64,000 nt of DNA from Minisyncoccota bacterium (GTDB lineage Bacteria > Patescibacteriota > Minisyncoccia > Phycocordibacterales > CALRHW01), in NCBI GenBank assembly GCA_046350795.1, contig JAXLZT010000001.1, forward strand, positions 2,411 to 66,410, in the 5' to 3' direction. Made by a program: the position numbers and the translations under genes. Numbering within the stretch: position 1 is the first letter of the stretch; every line of letters starts with the position of its first letter. This document shows positions 1 through 9,115 of the stretch, piece after piece. The notes beneath the pieces were generated by a model. It ran no database searches. It had not been told where the DNA came from and saw only the letters and a program-made list of their open reading frames with translations.

Positions 1-202
<202 letters not shown>

Positions 203-281
203 TCAAAAAAAGGTGCTAAAAACAAAGCTTTTTACGAGTTACTTTAAGTCACTTTTGTGGTCTAAAATCGTTATAATCATA

Positions 282-310
282 TTGACATATATTTTATAGT
301 ATGATATAAT
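282..310 (+). promoter_or_regulatory. Consensus sigma70 promoter (TTGACA-17 nt-TATAAT)
   Basis: TTGACA at 282-287, 17-nt spacer, TATAAT at 305-310; predicted TSS near 317. Confidence 0.6.
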
Positions 311-390
311 TAAGCAAGTAAGGTAGTGGTAATCCGACTGACGCTCGTAGCGTCAAAGCCACCGCCTTAAGTCCTTTTTTGGAGCCAGAA

Positions 391-492
391 ATGCACAATC
401 TCACCCTCGTCATCTTCTCAGACGGTACCGTCATCGACAGCGACCATCTCGACGATGGTCCGGTCCATCCGGGACCCGGTGGCGATCACTAG
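391..492 (+). CDS. Small ORF (33 aa, MHNLTLVIFSDGTVIDSDHLDDGPVHPGPGGDH) inside a GC-rich promoter-to-terminator unit
   Basis: GGAG 6 nt upstream of ATG; consensus promoter upstream and intrinsic terminator downstream; GC ~60% versus ~35% background; no recognisable homology. Confidence 0.35.
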   Translation: MHNLTLVIFSDGTVIDSDHLDDGPVHPGPGGDH

Positions 493-529
493 ATCGTCCA
501 ACCCGAAACGACAACCGCAGAGATGTGAA

Positions 530-566
530 CACCCCGCTTAATTTTGATGCGGGGTTTCTTATTTAT
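530..566. terminator. Intrinsic terminator hairpin (ACCCCGC...GCGGGGT) plus T-tract
   Basis: 7-bp GC stem followed by TTTCTTATTT; lies between the small unit (+) and pheT (-) stop. Confidence 0.6.
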
Positions 567-595
567 ATGGATAATTTTTTATACTGATAAAAATC

Positions 596-2560
596 CTATC
601 TCACCTGCCAACCCTTTTTTGCATTTAATTCATTTGTCACTTTTTCCATTATCATATTTACCTCATCATCAGAAAGAGTTTTTTCTTGTGATTGAAATAC
701 TAAGTTATAAGCATATGAGGTCTTTGAGGTACCATCTTCAAGCTTCTTAGTAAACACATCAAACAGTGAGCTCTGCACCAAGAGGTCGCTAGCATTTTCC
801 ACAATCACAGCTATCACCTCAACTGCGGACACGTCTTCTGGCACAAACACAGCTATATCACGCAAAACAAAAGGATATGGAGATATCTTTTTATATCGTG
901 TCTGTTTTTCTGACTTCTCAGGAATAATTTTTTTGTGTTTTGGGTCTTTAAGTGTATCAAAAATATTGTTTAAGTTTATTTCTATACCGTGAGAACTATA
1001 TATCTTATTTGATATTTCTACACCAAGCTCTTTTTCTAATGCAATGCAGACACTATCAAGCATATCTTTCACGACAGCATCTGCGTTCTTTATTTTTTTT
1101 ACTGGAGCAATAGAAAAACCCAGATGCAAATATTCACCGTCCACAGAAAACACATGGCCTATTTCAAATATTTTTACAAAATCTTGTAAACCTAAAAGAG
1201 GTGCGTTGTGGACATTGAGCACAAGACTTTCTTTTAGTCCATCTGTCAGATTTGCGCGTAAATATTTTTTATCAGAAGCTAGCGGGTTTTCCAATTCCCT
1301 TTTCCCGTTATTTCTAAATGAGTATGTATACACCTCAGAAAATCCACAATCAATCAAAACTGCACGAACAGTATCAACATAAAAAATGTTTTTTTCTATA
1401 TGCACCCCACCCTTAAATTTTTTAGGTTCAATAGGAGAAATATTTAAATATCCGTACAATCGGCCTATTTCTTCTATCAAATCTTCTTTAATAACCAGAT
1501 CCAAGCGTTCAAACGGCAATGCAACAGAAAACAAATTTTCTTTTTTCTCTACAACACATCCAATACTTATCAAAATATTCGCTATTTTTTCTGGCTCAAT
1601 AGAAAAACCCAATACATTTTCTATATCAGAAAAATGTAGATCTAGAGTACGTGATACATCTTTTATATGATGATTATCAACAAGAGCAGTCACATTACCA
1701 CCCGCCAACTCACTTATTAACGCAGATACATCTTGCAAAGCCATCACCGTAAAATCTGGTGCAATGTCATTTTCAAAACGTACTGATGCGTCTGTGCGCA
1801 AACCCAACGCTTTGGCTGTAGCGCGAATTTTTATAGGATCAAAATTGGCTGATTCTATTAAAATATTTTTTGTACCAGAACTAATTTCAGCATGAGCTCC
1901 ACCTTTTATACCAGCAATACCAAGAATTTTATTATCTTTACAGTTTTCATCTGTTATAACTAAAGTGTTTGTAGGCAAACCATATGTCTTGCCATCAAGT
2001 GCAAGCATTTTTTCTTTATCCTTTGAATTACGCACCAAGATGCGATAGACACCGTTTTTTTCTACAAGCTTATCTAAATCAAATACATGTAAAGGCTGAC
2101 CCAAAGAAAACATTACATAATTAGCAGAATCAACTATGTTGTTAATTGATTTTTGACCGATAGCATGCAAAAAATCTATCAACCACTGTGGAGATGGACC
2201 TACCGATATATCTTTCATTACAATAGCACTATATCTGCGACACAAATTTTCATCTAAAATGTTTATACCTATAGCACCACTAACAAAAGACGTACTGAGG
2301 TCATCTTTTGTTTCCTCTATTTTTAAAGGATAGCCCAACAGAGCAGATATTTCCTTAGCAACACCCCTATGTGACAAACAATCGTGGGCGCGATTTGGTA
2401 ATATTTTTATATCAAAAACAAAATCAACACTATCACCGCCTTCATATTTTTCTACAGACTCGACCTCAAAAGAGTTCATGGTTAAAAGATCAGATAAATC
2501 TGATGGTTCAGGAAGTTTTTTATTAAAATATTTTTGTAACCAATTGTATGAAACTTTCAT
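596..2560 (-). CDS. pheT: Phenylalanine--tRNA ligase beta subunit (short form, 654 aa)
   Basis: Starts MKVSYNWLQKYF (tRNA-binding domain), then B3/4, B5 and anticodon-binding-like regions; directly follows pheS. Confidence 0.9.
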   Translation of the reverse strand: MKVSYNWLQKYFNKKLPEPSDLSDLLTMNSFEVESVEKYEGGDSVDFVFDIKILPNRAHDCLSHRGVAKEISALLGYPLKIEETKDDLSTSFVSGAIGINILDENLCRRYSAIVMKDISVGPSPQWLIDFLHAIGQKSINNIVDSANYVMFSLGQPLHVFDLDKLVEKNGVYRILVRNSKDKEKMLALDGKTYGLPTNTLVITDENCKDNKILGIAGIKGGAHAEISSGTKNILIESANFDPIKIRATAKALGLRTDASVRFENDIAPDFTVMALQDVSALISELAGGNVTALVDNHHIKDVSRTLDLHFSDIENVLGFSIEPEKIANILISIGCVVEKKENLFSVALPFERLDLVIKEDLIEEIGRLYGYLNISPIEPKKFKGGVHIEKNIFYVDTVRAVLIDCGFSEVYTYSFRNNGKRELENPLASDKKYLRANLTDGLKESLVLNVHNAPLLGLQDFVKIFEIGHVFSVDGEYLHLGFSIAPVKKIKNADAVVKDMLDSVCIALEKELGVEISNKIYSSHGIEINLNNIFDTLKDPKHKKIIPEKSEKQTRYKKISPYPFVLRDIAVFVPEDVSAVEVIAVIVENASDLLVQSSLFDVFTKKLEDGTSKTSYAYNLVFQSQEKTLSDDEVNMIMEKVTNELNAKKGWQVR

Positions 2561-2562
2561 AT

Positions 2563-3300
2563 TTAAAACTGATTAGTAACACGTAGATCTCCTTGGTACA
2601 AAAGCCGTACATCATCAATGCCATATTTAAGCATTGCTAGTCTATCTATACCTCCACCAAAAGCAAAACCACGATACTTTGTAGGATCTATACCCGCACT
2701 TTCTAATACCTTTGGATGCACCATTCCAGCGCCCATTATTTCTATCCAACCAGTATTTTTGCAAACAGAACAGCCTGCTCCAGCACATTTAAAACAAGAC
2801 ATATCTATCTCTACTCCTGGTTCGACAAAAGGAAAATAACTCGGTCGAAAACGAACAGACACATTTTCAGAGAAAAGTCTTCTGAAAAAATTTTCAAGAA
2901 CCCATTTCAAATGAGTAAGAGATACATCTGTATCGATCATCAAACCTTCTATTTGATAAAACTGCGCTTCGTGTGTGGCATCTGTAGCCTCATGACGAAA
3001 AACTTTTCCTGGTGCAATAATGCGAATAGGAGGCTTGTTACTCTCCATATGTCTAATCTGTACCGGAGATGTATGTGTACGCAAAAGCTGTCGAGCGTTT
3101 AATGGTTTCAGCCAAAAAGTATCCCACATATCACGAGCTGGGTGATGAGCCGGAATATTTAAAGCATCAAAGTTGTAGTGTTCATTCTCTATTTCCGGAC
3201 CATTTGCAACAGAAAAGCCCATCTCATCAAAAATAGAGATAATTTCTTTTGTAATTATTGTAATAGGATGCAAATGTCCTTTTTTATTTTCTATTTCCAT
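2563..3300 (-). CDS. pheS: Phenylalanine--tRNA ligase alpha subunit (short form, 245 aa)
   Basis: Class II aaRS motifs (FRPSYFPFVEPGVEIDM, GAGMVHPKVL, GFAFGGGIDRLAML). Confidence 0.9.
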   Translation of the reverse strand: MEIENKKGHLHPITIITKEIISIFDEMGFSVANGPEIENEHYNFDALNIPAHHPARDMWDTFWLKPLNARQLLRTHTSPVQIRHMESNKPPIRIIAPGKVFRHEATDATHEAQFYQIEGLMIDTDVSLTHLKWVLENFFRRLFSENVSVRFRPSYFPFVEPGVEIDMSCFKCAGAGCSVCKNTGWIEIMGAGMVHPKVLESAGIDPTKYRGFAFGGGIDRLAMLKYGIDDVRLLYQGDLRVTNQF

Positions 3301-3303
3301 AAA

Positions 3304-4164
3304 TTAAATCTCCGCTAACTCAAACAAAGACTTACCGTCTTTGACATATATTCGGCCATTATTTATACGAAAATCTGGATTTTTACCCTTAAAAAGAGGG
3401 TAAAAATTATGATATGAACGTGTATCTATTTCTGTAGCATATACACCATCACCCAATGACATTATTATAGCGTCATCTCTATCAGGATAAAAATCAACGT
3501 GACGTATAGGAGATACAGCATCAAATACAGTTAGAATCGGATCACACGTCTTATTTTGACAAAAATACGGAGGTATTCTAGTTATGCTTCCGGTCCATTT
3601 TGCAAAAATTTTATTGTCATCACCCCAAATCTTCATTTTATTTTTCAAAAGACCGTGAGATTCGGCAGTAGATGTAGCTGTAGTGGTTGCATCAATCGCA
3701 AGGTTAGACGTTGAAACTGGCGCGGTGTTGGTTGGTACAAAAAAATCCGACACCTTTTTGTATTCCTGTGTAGAAGTAGCGCTAGATATTTCACGAACCA
3801 CCATATTTTTCGGAACTAAAAATGGATAGAGTGGAGAAACTTCCCTTTCTGCCACTTCAACTTTCTTTGCCCAAGGATAAAAATCCTTATTAGAAACTAT
3901 CACCATATATGATTTTGGTTTTAGATTTTGCACAAAAAGCTCACGTTGAAATGTGCCAGTAGTTTTTTTAAGTTCATTATCTAAGTAGATTTCTGAACCA
4001 TACTCCGAGACAAACACATATATTCCACCTCTTTCAGCAATAGAATAATCATTAGTGAAAGTATATCCTAGAGAAAAAAGTATTATAAATGGAGAAATTG
4101 CAACAAAAATAACAGCGAAAAAAATAAAGAAAAAAGCTCGTTTTTTGGGTGCCATCGGTTTCAT
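3304..4164 (-). CDS. Membrane-anchored hypothetical protein, possibly PEGA-like
   Basis: N-terminal TM helix; no catalytic motif recognised. Confidence 0.5.
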   Translation of the reverse strand: MKPMAPKKRAFFFIFFAVIFVAISPFIILFSLGYTFTNDYSIAERGGIYVFVSEYGSEIYLDNELKKTTGTFQRELFVQNLKPKSYMVIVSNKDFYPWAKKVEVAEREVSPLYPFLVPKNMVVREISSATSTQEYKKVSDFFVPTNTAPVSTSNLAIDATTTATSTAESHGLLKNKMKIWGDDNKIFAKWTGSITRIPPYFCQNKTCDPILTVFDAVSPIRHVDFYPDRDDAIIMSLGDGVYATEIDTRSYHNFYPLFKGKNPDFRINNGRIYVKDGKSLFELAEI

Positions 4165-4186
4165 AAATATAACTATATCATAGTGA

Positions 4187-5731
4187 TTATTTTGCAGATC
4201 GATGCTTTGGCGTAACCCAAAAACCCATATATCTACCCAACATCAAACGTGTCTGGGCTTCAAGACCAGGAATAGCACCAAATATAGTAATGGTAATAGG
4301 AATAAACACCCACTGTAATATCATAAATATTTTTCTATGAAATCTAGAGTTGGCGGGAGCGGGCGGAAGAAAACTAATAGAAATAATGGCTGACATTACA
4401 AGTCCACTCATCGCCAAGATCATTAAGTTACGCGTAATGAAAGGCAAATTGTATGAAAGTATAGTTGTGTTAAATCTACCGCCTCCAAGCAATATAGGAA
4501 GCCAACCCAAAATAAAAATTAAGATTGGATTTGTGGCAAGAGACCAAAATCCCTCAAGTTGAACAAAAGCAACTCGGATTTTTTTTCTTAAAGGAATGTT
4601 TTTGTTTTTTATAATCCCAAATAAAATATATGGCACATTTTCTACTCCCCAACCCCAACGACGCTGTTGTTTATAAATATTTTTTATAGTTTGCCAAAAA
4701 GTCGGCGCCAAGTTGGCATCCATGGATACAGGATAAGAAATTGGTACAACAGAATAATTTCCATCAGAAGCGATGAAAGCATTCCAATAAATACGAGAAT
4801 CCTCTGAAACCATGTTTTTTTGCCAATAACCAATCTCATAAAGAGTCTTAAATGTAAGTGCGTGAGATGAGAAAGTTGCAAGCTTTTCTGGTCGCTCTTG
4901 TTGTATCATCTGCCAAAATGTACCAGATGTAGCTACAACACGAGACAATGCAGGAGCCTGCCATATATTATTGTTATAAAGAGGTACTGGCTGAAATGAA
5001 ACCCTATATGGATTTTCAGCAGTCAAAAAATACCAAGTGAGACATAAAAAGTACTGTTTGTAAGCAACAGTGTCTATGTCAAAAGCAGAAACAAGAACGT
5101 CTTCGTATTTTAGGTTATTTGGATCAAGTATTTTTAGACGTGCTTGTTCTGCAGAATACGCAATGTTTGAACCCTTACCAGGCATCTCTCCCGACACACC
5201 CTTTGGATGTACTGTCACCAAAAAATACCCAAACTTGTCTGCATATGTTTTTGTAATATAGTCTGATATTTCTTTTGCTTGTGGACCATCTGCTTCTTCT
5301 GAGGCAAGCACGACAGCAAGCTTTTTGTGATCATACTGTGTTTCCAAAAGAGCTTGGATACTTTTTTCCACAACCTCCAATGATTCTTTAAAATATGGAA
5401 GTATCACAAGATGCACTATGTGTTCATATTTTAGATTAGAAAACATAGTACTCCAATCGAGTTTCATATTGTGCTTCATTCGCTTCCAGTTTTGTCGTAA
5501 GTAAACAGAAAGATAGACTGTTTTTAAAAGCCAATAAAAATCAAAAATAATAATAAAAATCGCAGCATAAACTGGAAAAAAATAAGAAAGAAAAACCGCA
5601 CCCAGGATTGTGCCCCAAGCTAAAAAACCTGGAAGTATTTCCAACGAACGATACAAAAGCCTGTCTTTACCAGAAAGTTCTGTGGCCCGTCCAATATGAA
5701 TGGGTTTCTTGAGTTGGTTCATTTCTGGCAT
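4187..5731 (-). CDS. Processive family-2 glycosyltransferase, membrane-embedded (cellulose/chitin-synthase-like)
   Basis: Multi-TM protein with a QRRWGWG (QxxRW) motif and D-rich catalytic region. Confidence 0.7.
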   Translation of the reverse strand: MPEMNQLKKPIHIGRATELSGKDRLLYRSLEILPGFLAWGTILGAVFLSYFFPVYAAIFIIIFDFYWLLKTVYLSVYLRQNWKRMKHNMKLDWSTMFSNLKYEHIVHLVILPYFKESLEVVEKSIQALLETQYDHKKLAVVLASEEADGPQAKEISDYITKTYADKFGYFLVTVHPKGVSGEMPGKGSNIAYSAEQARLKILDPNNLKYEDVLVSAFDIDTVAYKQYFLCLTWYFLTAENPYRVSFQPVPLYNNNIWQAPALSRVVATSGTFWQMIQQERPEKLATFSSHALTFKTLYEIGYWQKNMVSEDSRIYWNAFIASDGNYSVVPISYPVSMDANLAPTFWQTIKNIYKQQRRWGWGVENVPYILFGIIKNKNIPLRKKIRVAFVQLEGFWSLATNPILIFILGWLPILLGGGRFNTTILSYNLPFITRNLMILAMSGLVMSAIISISFLPPAPANSRFHRKIFMILQWVFIPITITIFGAIPGLEAQTRLMLGRYMGFWVTPKHRSAK

Positions 5732-5744
5732 AACTCTCCTCTAG

Positions 5745-5817
5745 AGCCACCTGTCAGGCTTGAACTGACGACCTGCCGTTTACAAAACGGCTGCTCTACC
5801 AACTGAGCTAAGGTGGC
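5745..5817 (-). tRNA. tRNA-Thr (anticodon TGT)
   Basis: Cloverleaf GCCACCT / TAGCTCAGTTGGTAGAGC / GCCGT-TTTGTAA-ACGGC / GTCAG-TTCAAGC-CTGAC / AGGTGGC-T. Confidence 0.85.
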
Positions 5818-5819
5818 GT

Positions 5820-6260
5820 TTAATTTATCTTATCTTCTGTTGTGTTTTCTGTAAAATCTGGATGACCAACAGGTTCTACAGATGCGACTGGATCTGAATT
5901 TTTGTATTCAGAGATATTTTTCATATATTCTGATACTTCACCTGCCTGTTTTATCATATTTCTGCCACGTACAGCATGCTCTATCTTTTCATACTTTTGT
6001 CTTATACCGGCAGTCAAATCTCTCGCTTTGTTCCATACATAAAATGGAATGTGATGTGTAACAAAGAAAGAAACTTCTTGTTTTTTCTTTAAAAAATCAG
6101 ATTTTATTGTTTTCAATTTTACCTCTAGAGTTGCATCGACTTTATTTAAAAAATCTGTCGGTGCAAAAGCTCTTTTTTGCTTTAGCTCTATGGTGCGCAT
6201 AATAATCATAACAGCACACACCACAAATGATACTGCAAAAATTGAAAGAGTGATAATCAT
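5820..6260 (-). CDS. Hypothetical membrane protein (146 aa)
   Basis: ORF with N-terminal TM helix. Confidence 0.45.
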   Translation of the reverse strand: MIITLSIFAVSFVVCAVMIIMRTIELKQKRAFAPTDFLNKVDATLEVKLKTIKSDFLKKKQEVSFFVTHHIPFYVWNKARDLTAGIRQKYEKIEHAVRGRNMIKQAGEVSEYMKNISEYKNSDPVASVEPVGHPDFTENTTEDKIN

Positions 6261-6263
6261 GAT

Positions 6264-6851
6264 TTATTTTTTTGTAGAAAAACGAGCAAAACGTCCTATC
6301 TCTGTTTTTTCACCAAACTTTTGAACCGCACCCTCTATCAAACCACGTATAGTTATATCTGGGTTTTTGACATATGGCTGATCTAAAAGGGTGCGCTCTC
6401 CAAAATATGATGCGAGTTTCCCCTCCATTATCTTTGATTTCAATTCCTCTGGCTTACCCTCTATGTCTTGTGCAAATATTTCTTCAGCAGATTTTATAGC
6501 GTCTGCACCTATATCTTCTTTGCTCAAATACTGTGGATCAGCGGCAGCGATATGCATAGCTATATCATAGGCAAGCTTTTTGAAATCTTCGTTTTTTGCC
6601 ACGAAATCAGTCTCACACATTAGCTCTACTAGCACACCCACAGATCCAGTAGAGTGGAGGTAAGCTTGTACTACACCAGATCCTAGTGTGCGTTCTGTCT
6701 TTTTTAAAGCAGTTGCTTTGCTGTTTTTTTGCAAAACCATTATAGCTTTTTCCATATCACCTCCCGCTTCTTCCAATGCTTTTTTACATTGCATTACAGA
6801 TACACCGGTCTTGTCTCTTAAATCTTTTATTTGATTCGTAGTGATTTCCAT
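6264..6851 (-). CDS. tsf: Elongation factor Ts
   Basis: MEITTNQIKDLRDKTGVSVMQCKKALEEAGGDMEKA (UBA-like EF-Ts N-terminus); downstream of rpsB. Confidence 0.9.
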   Translation of the reverse strand: MEITTNQIKDLRDKTGVSVMQCKKALEEAGGDMEKAIMVLQKNSKATALKKTERTLGSGVVQAYLHSTGSVGVLVELMCETDFVAKNEDFKKLAYDIAMHIAAADPQYLSKEDIGADAIKSAEEIFAQDIEGKPEELKSKIMEGKLASYFGERTLLDQPYVKNPDITIRGLIEGAVQKFGEKTEIGRFARFSTKK

Positions 6852-6890
6852 ATTATTAAAGAACAATTATAAATCTCGTACTTATAAAAC

Positions 6891-7601
6891 TTATGCTGAT
6901 TTTTTTGCGCTTTTTCCTTCTTTGTAAGCAGAAGCTATTTCACCCACAATGTATGCAATACTTTGCATTGATACATCGTTGCCTGGAATAGCATAATCTA
7001 CTTCACTTAGATCACAATCTGATCCAGAAAGACTTACTATTTTTATGCCAGCCTGTTTTGCCTCCGCTATAGCGATGTGTTCCTTTTTAGAATCAACCAC
7101 AAATAATGCCTTAGGGAGCTCTTTCATTGGTAGAATTCCTGAAAAACTTGTGTTTAGTCTTTCAATATCTCGGTCTATAAGAAGGCGCTCTTTTTTTGTA
7201 TACTTTGCAAGCTCACCTTTTTCTTTTTGAGCTGTTAGAGTCTCTAGCTTTGTTACTCTCTTTCTGATTTCTGGGAAATTTGTGATGGTACCACCAATCC
7301 AACGTCCAGCAACATATGGCATACCCAGAGATGAAGCTATGTTTTTTACTGTTTCTTTTGCCTCACTCTTTCCTGTAACAAAAAGAATCTGACCGCCAGT
7401 TTCGCCTATTTTTCTAACAAAATCTTTTGCCTTTTCTAACTCTACGTGTGTCTTTTCAAGATCAAATATTTCAACCTTGTTTTTTACCCCAAAAATAAAT
7501 GGTTTTGCTGAAGGATGTCTTCGTGATTTTGCATAAGCAAAATGGGCTCCGGCTTTAAAGAGGTTTTCTACTGCGTTTTTTGATGTTTTCTGTGATTCCA
7601 T
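6891..7601 (-). CDS. rpsB: 30S ribosomal protein S2
   Basis: S2 family sequence; conserved rpsB-tsf arrangement. Confidence 0.9.
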   Translation of the reverse strand: MESQKTSKNAVENLFKAGAHFAYAKSRRHPSAKPFIFGVKNKVEIFDLEKTHVELEKAKDFVRKIGETGGQILFVTGKSEAKETVKNIASSLGMPYVAGRWIGGTITNFPEIRKRVTKLETLTAQKEKGELAKYTKKERLLIDRDIERLNTSFSGILPMKELPKALFVVDSKKEHIAIAEAKQAGIKIVSLSGSDCDLSEVDYAIPGNDVSMQSIAYIVGEIASAYKEGKSAKKSA

Positions 7602-7658
7602 AATTAAAATTAGTGACTAGGAGAGTCTACCAGATTATGTGGCTTCGTGCAATGGCTT

Positions 7659-8630
7659 TTATGACTTTTCAGACACACTGCCTTCTTGCCCATATTTACT
7701 GCAAGCTTCGATGATTTGATCTAGATTTCCAAGGAAAATCTGCTCTATATTGTGCCAAGACTCTTTTATACGATGATCTGTGACTCTGTCCTGGAGCACA
7801 TTATAGGTACGGATTTTTTCTGATCTATCTGCTGTACCTATTTGCCCTTTTCTGTCCTGAGATATCTTTTTTGCAGCCTCCTCCTGAGCCAACATTTCTA
7901 GCTTCGCACCCAAAATACTCATTGCCATTTCACGGTTTTTGAGCTGACTTCTTTGAGAAGTACAACGTACATCTATGCCTGTCGGCTTGTGTATGATGCG
8001 CACAGCTGTCTCCACTTTGTTTACGTTTTGACCGCCAGCACCACCAGACCGAGAAAATTCTATTTCTAGATCAGCAGGATTTATTTCTACTGTAATCTTT
8101 TTACGCATTGGCATTATAGCCACAGATGCAGTAGATGTGTGCACACGGCCCATCTTTTCTGTAGCGGGTATGCGCTGGATGCGGTGTACACCTGTCTCAA
8201 AACGCAACTCTTTATATACATCTTTTCCTTTTATCTCAAAAGAAGCTTCTTTATAACCACCAAGCGAGCTTTGGGATTCATCTATTTTTTTAAAAACCCA
8301 GCCACGTTTTGCAGAATATTTTTCGTACATCTCCGCTAGTTCCTGGGCAAAAAGAGAGGCTTCATCACCACCGGCCCCCGCTCGGACCTCTAAAATAATC
8401 TCATTTGGAAATTCATCTTCTTCTTTTTCAGAAGCCAAGATCTCATCCATTTGTTTGAGTAAATCAGCCTTTTGAGACTCAATATTTTTTAACTCCTCTG
8501 TAGCCAACTCTTTCATTGTAGCGTCTCCCTGAGACATTTCTAAAACTCCAGCTTCTTCTTTTAAAAGGCTTTGATAGTGCTCGGCGAGGTAGCTCGTTTT
8601 GACGTTATTTTTGTATTTTTCTAGGTCCAT
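7659..8630 (-). CDS. prfA: Peptide chain release factor 1 (323 aa)
   Basis: GGQ motif ([11 protein letters not shown]) and PAT tripeptide ([14 protein letters not shown]). Confidence 0.9.
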   Translation of the reverse strand: MDLEKYKNNVKTSYLAEHYQSLLKEEAGVLEMSQGDATMKELATEELKNIESQKADLLKQMDEILASEKEEDEFPNEIILEVRAGAGGDEASLFAQELAEMYEKYSAKRGWVFKKIDESQSSLGGYKEASFEIKGKDVYKELRFETGVHRIQRIPATEKMGRVHTSTASVAIMPMRKKITVEINPADLEIEFSRSGGAGGQNVNKVETAVRIIHKPTGIDVRCTSQRSQLKNREMAMSILGAKLEMLAQEEAAKKISQDRKGQIGTADRSEKIRTYNVLQDRVTDHRIKESWHNIEQIFLGNLDQIIEACSKYGQEGSVSEKS

Positions 8631-8690
8631 TATTTATTGATTATACTAGCAAAAAACTCGTTTGAATAATGCTTTTGTGATACGAAAAAA

Positions 8691-8806
8691 GCGAAAATTG
8701 ATTAATGAGTTTTATGAGACTCGCGCAGGCACTACGGTGCCGAGCGGAGCAACAATCGCAGCAGCGATTGACGCATGCTCAGAAAAATCATTAATCACTT
8801 TTCGCG
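8691..8806. repeat. 28-bp imperfect inverted repeat flanking a GC-rich ~70-nt core
   Basis: GCGAAAATTGATTAATGAGTTTTATGAG (8691-8718) pairs with the reverse complement of CTCAGAAAAATCATTAATCACTTTTCGC (8779-8806), 25/28 matches; core is GC-rich with internal hairpins (GGCAC-TACG-GTGCC); T-tracts on both sides. Confidence 0.5.
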
Positions 8807-9064
8807 TTAACCTTTTTTATTAGAAGAAACCTTCACTTTCTTCTCTTTCTTTGGAATAGCCTCTGACTTTGTGCGTCGAGATTTGAATTTTTCTACACGT
8901 CCAGCTGTATCAAGCACCTTTTCAGCACCAGTGTAAAATGGATGACAAGCACTGCAAATTTCCACCTCGATTTTCTCTTTTGTTGAGCCGAGTGTAAATT
9001 TGTTTCCACAGGCACATACTATGGTTGCCTCAGGAAAATATGTAGGATGTAACTCTTTCTTCAT
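8807..9064 (-). CDS. rpmE: 50S ribosomal protein L31 (zinc-ribbon type) with Lys-rich C-terminal tail
   Basis: [23 protein letters not shown]...[10 protein letters not shown]. Confidence 0.85.
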   Translation of the reverse strand: MKKELHPTYFPEATIVCACGNKFTLGSTKEKIEVEICSACHPFYTGAEKVLDTAGRVEKFKSRRTKSEAIPKKEKKVKVSSNKKG

Positions 9065-9115
9065 GGGCGATACTATAACAATAAAGCGCTTTTTTTGCAA
9101 CACTTACCAGATTTT

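Noticed and set aside
300-570. SRP RNA, 6S RNA or RNase P RNA assignment for the GC-rich transcript
   Set aside because: Conserved SRP domain IV (GGAA/AGCAGCC) and RNase P P4/GGAAAGUCC motifs are not evident. This was left as an unassigned small transcript.
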